Part shown: positions 15,272-22,662 of the stretch, piece after piece | Position numbering within the stretch: the stretch's first letter is position 1 | How the letters are laid out: the number at the start of each line of letters is the position of its first letter | Source: a virus | Lineage: Duplodnaviria; Caudoviricetes | Length of the DNA stretch: 35,479 nucleotides | Virus record (IMG/VR): IMGVR_UViG_3300035492_000157 | Span: 1-35,479 of that record | Strand: one strand, 5' to 3' | Translations under genes and position numbers: made by a program | Notes under the pieces: generated by a model | Database searches by the model: none | What the model was told of the DNA's origin: nothing | The model's input: the letters and a program-made list of their open reading frames with translations, nothing else

Positions 15272-16498
15272 CTACTCGTACGGCATAGGCTGCCGGGGAG
15301 AGTTCGAAATGGGCATGGGCACGCGCCCGGCTTCGGGCGGCGTAGGCATAGGCTCGCGGGCGGCGGACGCGAAAGGCATCGCGCCGCGAGGAGCGTGGGG
15401 CGCGGCGGGCATCGGCTCGCGCGGGCCCGGTGCCACGCCCGCGCCGCCGGGGCGCAGGTCGTTCGGGTGGAAGGGGTAGAGGTAGACGAAGGTGTCGTAG
15501 AACGTGTTCCGGCTGACGAACAGGCTGGGGTACAGGAACTGAGGATAGCTCAGTTGCGCGACGTAGAACGTGTTCTGGTTGACGAACAGCGCAGGCGAGA
15601 TCGTGTTGCGCGCCGTAAGCGCCGGGCTGTAGATCGCGTTGGGGTTGACGTACAGCGACGGCGCAAGCGTGACCGGGCCCGGAACGACGGTGGGCCCGTA
15701 AATCACGTTGACGTTGCTGTAGAGGCTCGGGGCCAGCGTGACCGGCCCCGGCGTCACCGTCGGCGCGTAGAAGCTGTTCGCGTTGACGTACAGCGACGGC
15801 GCGATGATGTCGGTCGAGGTGACCGTGGGCGCGTAGAAGCTGTTCGCGTTGACGTACAGCGACGGCGCGATGATGTCGGTCGAGGTGACCGTGGGCGCGT
15901 AGAAGCTGTTCGCGTTGACGTACAGCGACGGCAACAGCGTGACTGCGCCGGGCGTGACCGTCGGGCTGTAGAAACTGTTTGCGTTGACGTACAGCGACGG
16001 CGCCAGCGTGACTGCGCCGGGCGCAACCGTCGGGCTGTAGAAGGTGTTGGTGTTGACGTACAGCGCAGGGGCGAGCGTGTTGCTCTCCGACAATGCCGGG
16101 CTGTAGAAGGTGTTCGTGTTGACGAAAAGAGACGGCGCAAGGGCGTAGGTTACCGAAACCGTCTGGGTGTAGAAGCTGTTCGTGTTGACGAAGAGCGCGG
16201 GCGCCAGCGTCACCGCGCCCGGCGTCACCGTGGGCGTGTAGAAGCTATTCGGGTTGACGTAAAGCGCCGGAGCGAGCGTGTTGCTCTCCGACAGCGCCGG
16301 ACTGTAAAAGGTGTTTGTGTTGGCGAAGAGCGCAGGCGCAAGGGCAATCGCGCCCGGCGTGACCGTCGGGCTGTAGAAGGTGTTGGTGTTGACGTAGAGC
16401 GACGGCGCCAACGTCGTCGCGCTTGCGGCGGAGATGTCGGCGAACGGACCGTTGGCGAACGGGCCAAAGCCAAACGAGGAGCCACCTACATTCGGCAC
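15272..16498 (-). CDS. Repeat-rich fibre/filament-like structural protein, 408 aa
   Basis: 14 tandem 22-23 aa repeats (consensus TLAPSLYVNxNxFYSPTVTPGAV), an N-terminal 'FGFGPFANGPFA' and five C-terminal RxxMP repeats. Confidence 0.75.
   Translation of the reverse strand: MPNVGGSSFGFGPFANGPFADISAASATTLAPSLYVNTNTFYSPTVTPGAIALAPALFANTNTFYSPALSESNTLAPALYVNPNSFYTPTVTPGAVTLAPALFVNTNSFYTQTVSVTYALAPSLFVNTNTFYSPALSESNTLAPALYVNTNTFYSPTVAPGAVTLAPSLYVNANSFYSPTVTPGAVTLLPSLYVNANSFYAPTVTSTDIIAPSLYVNANSFYAPTVTSTDIIAPSLYVNANSFYAPTVTPGPVTLAPSLYSNVNVIYGPTVVPGPVTLAPSLYVNPNAIYSPALTARNTISPALFVNQNTFYVAQLSYPQFLYPSLFVSRNTFYDTFVYLYPFHPNDLRPGGAGVAPGPREPMPAAPHAPRGAMPFASAAREPMPTPPEAGRVPMPISNSPRQPMPYE
15762..15932. repeat. 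Exact 66-bp tandem repeat (~2.5 copies) within the repeat protein gene
   Basis: 'gcgtagaagctgttcgcgttgacgtacagcgacggc' starts at 15765, 15831 and 15897, and the two full 66-bp units are identical. Confidence 0.9.
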
Positions 16499-16532
16499 TG
16501 CCCTACTTCCCTTCTCGCCTTACGCGTTCAGA

Positions 16533-16931
16533 TCACGAACTCCACGTCTCCGCCGGAGCTTGCGGGAACTCAACCGGCGCCGAGGGGGCGTTCACCGCGA
16601 TGGCCCGAAGGGCCGCACGATACACCATAAACTCGTCCTTGTTAAGCAGGTGCGGACTGGAGGCCGGATCGGTTACGCTGGGGATTTCGACCCAGTCGGT
16701 CTGCTGGAGCAGCCGCGCGGCCTCCGCCTTGTTGGCCGCGCTGGTAGCCGCCGCCTTGGCTGCGGCTTCCGCCGCATCGAGGTCGGCCTGCGACGGCTGG
16801 GGGCCGAGTTTCGTTGTATCCCAATGCAAGATTTGATCCGCACCACCTTCCGGGATGCCGGTCATGAAATCGGCAGCGACCCAAGAAATGCTCTTGGCCT
16901 TCAGATAAGCGATGATCTGATCGTTAAGCAT
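16533..16931 (-). CDS. Tail fibre assembly chaperone-like protein, 132 aa
   Basis: 'RLLQQTDW...' and 'YRAALRAI......FPQAP' match the fibre-chaperone pattern; 'ILHWDTTKLGPQPS' is XkdW-like. Directly after the fibre gene. Confidence 0.72.
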   Translation of the reverse strand: MLNDQIIAYLKAKSISWVAADFMTGIPEGGADQILHWDTTKLGPQPSQADLDAAEAAAKAAATSAANKAEAARLLQQTDWVEIPSVTDPASSPHLLNKDEFMVYRAALRAIAVNAPSAPVEFPQAPAETWSS

Positions 16932-16938
16932 TCAACCC

Positions 16939-19596
16939 TCACTGCAACGCGTAGGCATAAATAGTGCCACCGGACAGGCCGCCAGAGGCCGAGATCACAA
17001 TGCCCAGATTGCTCGACAGGAACGACGAGTTTCCGCCGCCGATAAAGTACGAGGTATTGGACGCATCGGTAAGGATGCCCACGCAGGACGCGCCGCCACT
17101 GAAGAAGCCCGACGGCGCGAACGGCCCTTCAAGCCGCAAAAACCCATTTACGGATGAAGAACCAAAGGCGCTATTGAAAATGGTAAGCGCGCTGGCACCA
17201 GAGCCAGTACTTCCGGCAGGCATACCGAAGTTAAGGTACATATCCTGAAAAGAGTATCCGCTAGTTACAGTAGAGCCGAGGTTGACGAACTGAATGGTAA
17301 GCGTGCCACTACTGTTTACGTTTTCAAAGATCAGCAGGATACGATTAGTCGGAGTACCAGAGCCACTCAAAAAAATAGTGGTCGGGCTGCTAAAAACAGA
17401 AGTAGAGCCAAGGTAAGTAAGGCCCGAACTACCGCCGCTGGAGGCAATAGTGATCGAGCCGGAGCCGTTGGTGATGCTGATCCCGCTCCCCGCAGACAGG
17501 TTGGCGAGCGTGTACCCGGACCCGTTGCCGATCAAAAGCTGGCCGTTTGCAGGAAGGGCCGTGTTGCCGGTGCCGCCGTAGGCGTAGGTAAGCGTGCCAA
17601 ACGTGGGCGCGCCGCTGCCATTCGACAGCAGGGGCTGGCCGCTGGAGCCAGCGGCGGTGAAGCCAAAAGCCGTACCAGTCCCGTATGCAACAGCACCGGA
17701 GGTAGGCGTGGAGGTCGTGTTCGTGCCGCCAGACGCGATGGGGAGCGTGCCGGTGGCGAGCGTAGAGGTAGACGTCGCGTAAAGCGCGCCGTTGTTCGTG
17801 AACGGCGTGGCACCGCTGAGCCCCGTACCGCCCTGCGAGGTTTCAAGACGGGGGGCCGTCGTGACTGCAAAGCCACCCACCGAGTACCACTGGGTCGTGC
17901 TGATAGCCACGAAAGTCAGCGCGCTGCCCGCCGCAAGCGCGGTGGCGGCGTTGGTGGCCAGCGTGTTGATGTTTGCGCCAGTGGCGGGGTAGATGTTGAC
18001 CGGGTTGGTGCCACGGTTCACCACCGTTACCCGCGCACCCACAAAAGCCGTCGGCAGCGTCACGCCCGAGGGGTTGGACGAAGTCGTCGTGATGATGTTG
18101 ACGTCGTTCGTCAGCGCCCCCTGACCCTGAGCGTTGGTGCCAGCCGTCACCGTGGCAGCCGTCGAGTACGCCTCAAGCGACAGGGTCTTGTTGGTCAGGG
18201 TCTGGGTGTCGGTGGTGCCGACAATCGTGCCAGTGGGCGCGGTGAGCGAGGTCGTCCACGCCGACCCCGTGCTGACTGCGATGCCCGCGCCGGGATAGAC
18301 CATGCCACCGCCGCTCGCGGCCGTGATGTAGTAGGACGAGTACCACTGGGTCGCGCTGGAGGCATTGAACTCCATCCAGCCGTTGACGGGGAGCGCGATG
18401 GATGCGTTGGCCGCCAGCGCGTCGATGTTGCCGCCCGTCGCCGGGTAGACGTTGACCGGGTTAGCGCCACGGTTGACGACGATGACACGGCGGCCAGCGG
18501 TGGCCGTGGGCAGCGTTGCGCCCGAGGGGTTGCTCGCCGCCGTCGTGATGACCGTGAAGTCGTTCGTGATCGCGCCCTGACCCTGCGCGTTGGTGCCCGC
18601 CGTGAGCGCCGCCGTGACAGAGTAGGTCTCGCCCGACAGCGACGGCGTCGTCAGGGCCGCGCCCGTGGCGAGCGGGATGACGGTGCCAGAGCCCGTTGTG
18701 GTGTAGCTGGTGCCCCACGCGGAGCCCGTCGAGTTGGGGATGCCCGCGCCGGGGTAGGCCGTCACGCCGCTGTTGGCGACGGTGATCGAACCCGCGCCGT
18801 TCGTGATCGTGATGCCGGTGCCCTGCGTCAGCGTGGCGCGGGTGAAGTTCGTGCCGTTGCCGATGTCGATCTGGCCGTTGGTGGGCGTAGCGGTCAGCCC
18901 GGTGCCCCCCGCCGAAATCGGCAGCGTGCCCGTAGCATTCGTGATGGGCATGTACGCGGACGAGTACCACAAGATGCCGCTGGCCGCGTTGAACTCCATC
19001 CACCCATTGACCGGGAGGCTAATCGCAGCGTTAAGCGCAAGCGCGTCGATGGAGGCGCTGGGCGAGGGATAGACATTGACCGGGTTCGCACCGCGATTGA
19101 TGACGATGACGCGGCGCCCGGCCGCCGCAGTCGGAAGCGTCACACCCGACGGATTGTTTGCCGCCGTCGTGATGATATTGAGGTCACTGGTCAGATTGAG
19201 CGAACTCTGGGCGTTGGTCCCCGCAGTTATCGTATTCGTGGTCGAATACTGCTCGCCCGACATCGTCTTGTTGGTCAGGGTTTGCACGCCGTCCGTCGTC
19301 ACCGCGCGCTCAGCCGGGTACGTGGCGAATACGTTCGAGGTGCCCGCCAGCGTGATGGCCGCGCCAGCGTTGCTCGAGGCGAGGATCGTCGTGCGCGCGA
19401 GCGTGGGGCCCGTCGTCGAGTACGTGCCAATCCCGACTTCCCAATCGGTGCCGCTCAGCAGCGTGTAATAGGTCGTGTTGGTGTTGCCGATGATGGCGAA
19501 CGACTGATAGCCACTCACGGCCCCGGCAAGGGTGATGGTGCCCGTGCCGGTGGTCGTGGTGGTCTCCTGCACGCGGTCGGCGAGGATCAGTGCCAT
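16939..19596 (-). CDS. Long fibre / receptor-binding protein, 885 aa
   Basis: N-terminal 'MALILADRVQETTTTTGTGTITL' and 'WEVGIGTY', 'TQTLTNKT' linkers, GGTG repeats, three ~100 aa repeated domains, and a compositionally distinct C-terminal tip. Confidence 0.82.
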   Translation of the reverse strand: MALILADRVQETTTTTGTGTITLAGAVSGYQSFAIIGNTNTTYYTLLSGTDWEVGIGTYSTTGPTLARTTILASSNAGAAITLAGTSNVFATYPAERAVTTDGVQTLTNKTMSGEQYSTTNTITAGTNAQSSLNLTSDLNIITTAANNPSGVTLPTAAAGRRVIVINRGANPVNVYPSPSASIDALALNAAISLPVNGWMEFNAASGILWYSSAYMPITNATGTLPISAGGTGLTATPTNGQIDIGNGTNFTRATLTQGTGITITNGAGSITVANSGVTAYPGAGIPNSTGSAWGTSYTTTGSGTVIPLATGAALTTPSLSGETYSVTAALTAGTNAQGQGAITNDFTVITTAASNPSGATLPTATAGRRVIVVNRGANPVNVYPATGGNIDALAANASIALPVNGWMEFNASSATQWYSSYYITAASGGGMVYPGAGIAVSTGSAWTTSLTAPTGTIVGTTDTQTLTNKTLSLEAYSTAATVTAGTNAQGQGALTNDVNIITTTSSNPSGVTLPTAFVGARVTVVNRGTNPVNIYPATGANINTLATNAATALAAGSALTFVAISTTQWYSVGGFAVTTAPRLETSQGGTGLSGATPFTNNGALYATSTSTLATGTLPIASGGTNTTSTPTSGAVAYGTGTAFGFTAAGSSGQPLLSNGSGAPTFGTLTYAYGGTGNTALPANGQLLIGNGSGYTLANLSAGSGISITNGSGSITIASSGGSSGLTYLGSTSVFSSPTTIFLSGSGTPTNRILLIFENVNSSGTLTIQFVNLGSTVTSGYSFQDMYLNFGMPAGSTGSGASALTIFNSAFGSSSVNGFLRLEGPFAPSGFFSGGASCVGILTDASNTSYFIGGGNSSFLSSNLGIVISASGGLSGGTIYAYALQ
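17880..19260 (-). repeat. Three copies of a ~100 aa domain in the long fibre
   Basis: 'E.YS....TAGTNAQ.......D...ITT...NPSG.TLPTA..G.RV.V.NRG.NPVN.YP......I..LA.NA' appears three times. Confidence 0.85.
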
Positions 19597-19634
19597 TCGT
19601 TATGCCCCATTGCCGGATTGCGCCGACAGCACGC

Positions 19635-20036
19635 TTACAGGGTGAAGATGCCCGACGCGTTCCACGTGATCGTGATGTCGCCGCCGTTGGGCGTGACAGG
19701 CAGACCCGTGACCGAGGTGTCGAGGTACGCCACCAGCGGCGACGTGGCCGCCGTGCCGGTGTCGATGTAGATCACCAGCTTGGTCACCTGCGCGCCGGTC
19801 ACGGCCGAGAAGGTCACGTTGCCGCCACTGAAGGTGCCGTTGGTGAACGTCTTGCTGCCGATGGTCTGCGGGGTGCCGACGACCGAAGCCGACACGGCCG
19901 AATAGAACTGGTCGGTCGAGGCGTAGGTATAGCCAGCGGTGACCAGCGCGACCTTGACGGTGCCAGCCGACAGGTTGTTGTTCGCGGTGAACTGGAGGAG
20001 CTGTTCCTTCCACTTCGGGTAGAGAGCATTGGCCAT
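19635..20036 (-). CDS. Virion structural protein (fibre-associated), 133 aa
   Basis: GGAG SD. Beta-rich, ending 'LPVTPNGGDITITWNASGIFTL'. First gene of the fibre module. Confidence 0.72.
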   Translation of the reverse strand: MANALYPKWKEQLLQFTANNNLSAGTVKVALVTAGYTYASTDQFYSAVSASVVGTPQTIGSKTFTNGTFSGGNVTFSAVTGAQVTKLVIYIDTGTAATSPLVAYLDTSVTGLPVTPNGGDITITWNASGIFTL

Positions 20037-20050
20037 GAGTTATTCTCCGA

Positions 20051-20530
20051 TCAGCACTTGCCGCCGCGCGGCATGGCGGCGAGGCCACCCTTGGCCTTGT
20101 GACGCAGCTTGTTGAGCACGGCTCCCGCAACGCGTTCGCCAGCGGCCTTCGAGCCGTATTCCTTCGCGGCGCTGGCCGCGATCTTGCCGAACTGCTTGCC
20201 CGGCTTGCCGATGTCCTTGCCAGCGGCGGCCTTCACGGCCGAGTACGACTTGGTCGCACCGCCCTTGGCCATGGTGGCCTGCGGCATCGAGGGCTGCGGG
20301 GTGACGGCCGGGGGCATGCTGGCCTTCTTGGCCTCGCTCAGCGAGATCGCGATAGCCTGCTTCGGGTTGGTCACCTTCGGGCCGCGCGGCGAGCCGCTGT
20401 GCAGATCGCCAGCCTTGAACTCGCCCATGACCTTCGCGACCTTGGCCGCGCCCTTCACCGAGCCGCCCTTGGCGTAGCACGAGCCGCCCATCGAGTAGTG
20501 GGTCTTGGTGGTGTTCTTGAAACCGTCCAT
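20051..20530 (-). CDS. Basic Lys/Ala/Gly-rich protein containing a DUF6496-like segment and five xxxGG motifs, 159 aa
   Basis: 'KVAKVMGEFKAGDLHSG...KVTNPKQAIAISLSEA' is DUF6496-like from memory. Begins with the same leader as 20692..20997. Confidence 0.75.
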   Translation of the reverse strand: MDGFKNTTKTHYSMGGSCYAKGGSVKGAAKVAKVMGEFKAGDLHSGSPRGPKVTNPKQAIAISLSEAKKASMPPAVTPQPSMPQATMAKGGATKSYSAVKAAAGKDIGKPGKQFGKIAASAAKEYGSKAAGERVAGAVLNKLRHKAKGGLAAMPRGGKC

Positions 20531-20534
20531 TGCC

Positions 20535-20699
20535 TTATCCTTTGTCGCGGGCTGCCGCCATGTTGTCGATGAGGTTCGGGTACGGGCGACCGGCAGCGGC
20601 TGCCCTAGCCTTAGCAGACTTTTTCGCGCGAACCGATAGGCTTTTCGGCTTGCCCGCGCTGGCGGGGCGCTTTTTGTCCCAGACGGCCAGCTTACTCAT
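20535..20699 (-). CDS. Small basic protein, 54 aa (not in ORF track)
   Basis: Translated by hand: MSKLAVWDKKRPASAGKPKSLSVRAKKSAKARAAAAGRPYPNLIDNMAAARDKG*. It overlaps the upstream stop and fills the gap exactly. Confidence 0.72.
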   Translation of the reverse strand: MSKLAVWDKKRPASAGKPKSLSVRAKKSAKARAAAAGRPYPNLIDNMAAARDKG

Positions 20700-20997
20700 G
20701 CCCGCAATCCCACTTGCGCAGCGACAGCGCCTTGCGCGTCGGCTTGCCGTTTTCGTCCTTCAAGGGCCCCGGCATGCCGCTCATGCGGGCGCAGAAGCTC
20801 TTGCGCCGCGCGGCCGCCTTGGGCGACGCAGCGGCCTGCTTGGCGCTGACCGGGGGCTTGATGTCGTGCCCCTGAGCCTTCAGCGACGCGCGCCCCTTGG
20901 CGTTGAGACCGCCCTCGGGGTTCTGCCCCTCCTTGCGCGTCCACGCGCCGCCGCCAGTGGCGTAGCGGGTGCGGGTGGTGTTCTTGAAGCCGTCCAT
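20692..20997 (-). CDS. Small basic protein, DUF6321-like, 101 aa
   Basis: 'AWTRKEGQNPEGGLNAKGRAS...RRKSFCARMSGM.......PTRKALSLRKWDC' is a widespread phage basic-protein pattern. It is preceded by the MDGFKNTT leader. Confidence 0.78.
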   Translation of the reverse strand: MDGFKNTTRTRYATGGGAWTRKEGQNPEGGLNAKGRASLKAQGHDIKPPVSAKQAAASPKAAARRKSFCARMSGMPGPLKDENGKPTRKALSLRKWDCGHE

Positions 20998-21006
20998 CGC
21001 CGGGCC

Positions 21007-21678
21007 CTACTTTACCGCGAAGCCGCCGCGAGCATACGCCTGTCGGCCTACCATCTCGCGCATGTGATCTGCCTGAGTGTTGATGAAGTCGACGTCGTGC
21101 TGATGTCGGTCCTGCGGCGCCGCAATCGAGGTGGCGAGGCCGCCCTCCTGAAAGTGGCGCACGAGCCCGATGCGGGCGTAGCCGCCCGTCTGGGGGCCGT
21201 AGCCCGCGCCAGCCGTGACGCCGTTGTTGCCGTATTCGACGCCCCCGCCGACGCCCTGCCCCGGCGTATAGGTCACGCCGCCACTGACCGGGCCGCGACC
21301 GTACTTGGCGCCAAGCTGGGCAAGCCGGAAGAGCGGGTTGACGTTGGCGTTAATGTCGAGCTGGCCGCCCGCCACGGGCGCGCTATAGCCTGCCCGTGCC
21401 CCCTGAAAGTTCAGGGCAGGCCCGACGTTCGCCGCAAGCTGCAAGTGCCCCGGCCCGGCCTGCGCGCCCATGGTGGGCGACACGCCCCCGAAGCGCCCAG
21501 CCATGGGCTGCGGAGCCTGCGGCATCATGCCGGGCTGCATCGCGCCCGGCTGGGGCTGGGGAGCGCCAAGCGGCGGCGCGCCGAACTGCGCGCCGGGGTT
21601 GGGCTGACCGGCGGGCAACTGGTACGTGTTCAGGCCCAGCGCATCGTCGATCTGCATCTTGTCGAGGGCGAACGTCAT
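21007..21678 (-). CDS. Hypothetical protein, 223 aa: Pro/Gln-rich N-terminus, amphipathic beta-strand core, two GG motifs
   Basis: In operon order with normal codon usage. Beta-barrel-like alternation in 'GVTYTPGQGVGGGVEYGNNGVTAGAGYGPQTGGYARIGLVRHF'. Confidence 0.68.
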   Translation of the reverse strand: MTFALDKMQIDDALGLNTYQLPAGQPNPGAQFGAPPLGAPQPQPGAMQPGMMPQAPQPMAGRFGGVSPTMGAQAGPGHLQLAANVGPALNFQGARAGYSAPVAGGQLDINANVNPLFRLAQLGAKYGRGPVSGGVTYTPGQGVGGGVEYGNNGVTAGAGYGPQTGGYARIGLVRHFQEGGLATSIAAPQDRHQHDVDFINTQADHMREMVGRQAYARGGFAVK

Positions 21679-21684
21679 GGCCCG

Positions 21685-22092
21685 TTACGCCGCGTACGAC
21701 TTAACCATCTCGAGGATGATGGTGTACGCATCACCCGCCGTGGCGTCGAGAGTGGAGAAAAGCACGTCGCCGGTCTTGCCCGCGCCCGCGTTGTTCCACA
21801 GGCCGCCGAACATGGAATAGTCGGCGATGTAGTTGATGTTCTGCGGCACGACGGTGATCACCACATTCGGGGTACCGGCCCAGTACATGGCCACTTCCAT
21901 GCCGTGGGTCATCGCGTCGATCTTGGTGATGGTGACGCCAGTGCAGGCCTTGCCAGCGTAGCTGGGCTTCAGGTTGGCCACGACCACCTTGGGCACCAGA
22001 ACTTCGCCCGTGCCGTCCGACATATTGGTGAACTTCAGGATGGCGGAGTGGTCGCCATCGAACAAAACCTGCGTTGCTACTGCGTCCGCCAT
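21685..22092 (-). CDS. Virion structural / hypothetical protein, 135 aa
   Basis: The likely start is the ATG at 22092 (MADAVATQ), with an AAGGA SD 7 nt upstream. The track start at 22122 lies inside a hairpin. Confidence 0.72.
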   Translation of the reverse strand: MADAVATQVLFDGDHSAILKFTNMSDGTGEVLVPKVVVANLKPSYAGKACTGVTITKIDAMTHGMEVAMYWAGTPNVVITVVPQNINYIADYSMFGGLWNNAGAGKTGDVLFSTLDATAGDAYTIILEMVKSYAA

Positions 22093-22108
22093 GGGGCGTT
22101 CCTTCTGC

Positions 22109-22140
22109 AAAATGGGGGCCAACCGCTAGGCCGACCCCCA
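22109..22140 (-). terminator. Putative intrinsic terminator
   Basis: Minus strand TGGGGGTCGGCC-TAGC-GGTTGGCCCCCA-TTTT: a 12-bp stem whose three G-U pairs work only on this strand, followed by a short U tract. Confidence 0.6.
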
Positions 22141-22169
22141 CTCTATACCACCGCTTTAGCGGATAGTCA

Positions 22170-22613
22170 TCAGTTCTGCGCCGTGGTCTGCACGTAGCGG
22201 TACGTCACGCGAACCTGACCGGCGGTGGGCTGGCCCACCGAGGTAACGGTCGCGACGACGGGGCCGACGGTGCCGGTGTTCGCCATGGCGGCGAGCTGCG
22301 CAGCGGTGAAGGTCGGAAGGGCACGCCCCGCCGTCTTCGCGCTGACGCCGCTCGCGTAGGTGGTGTCACCCGACGAGGTGCCGACGCTGACAGTGGCCGA
22401 GGTGGCGCTATTGTAGGCCGTCAGCACATCCACGATGACGTCCACAATCTGCGAATTGTACGGCAGGTTCACCGAGGCATTCTGCACCAGCGTGGCGTCA
22501 TAGTTGATGAGGACGGTCTGCGACAGCACCGCGAGGCCGACGTTCGGACCACCAGCCATGCCAGCGGGCTTGTCGCCCGAGGCCAGCGGACCGCTCCAGT
22601 AGGTCTGAGACAT
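22170..22613 (-). CDS. Capsid-associated structural protein, 147 aa
   Basis: Strong AAGGAG SD. Beta-rich Thr/Val/Ala protein directly downstream of the major capsid gene. Confidence 0.72.
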   Translation of the reverse strand: MSQTYWSGPLASGDKPAGMAGGPNVGLAVLSQTVLINYDATLVQNASVNLPYNSQIVDVIVDVLTAYNSATSATVSVGTSSGDTTYASGVSAKTAGRALPTFTAAQLAAMANTGTVGPVVATVTSVGQPTAGQVRVTYRYVQTTAQN

Positions 22614-22627
22614 CTGTTTTCTCCTTC

Positions 22628-22655
22628 AGAGAAGAGAGGGGGGCCGGAGCCCCCC
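22628..22655 (-). terminator. Hairpin after the major capsid gene (leaky terminator or stabiliser)
   Basis: Minus strand GGGGGGC-TCCG-GCCCCCC followed by TCTCTTCTCT. The loop is a C(UCCG)G UNCG tetraloop. Confidence 0.65.
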
Positions 22656-22662
22656 GCTCAGG

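Noticed and set aside
16939-17460. Diversity-generating retroelement target in the fibre tip
   Set aside because: No reverse transcriptase, and I saw no template/variable repeat pair differing at adenines in the window.
20051-20997. GG motifs as ubiquitin-like conjugation termini or bacteriocin leaders
   Set aside because: No beta-grasp protein ending in GG, no E1/E2/JAB genes and no C39 peptidase/ABC exporter in the window. The context is virion assembly.
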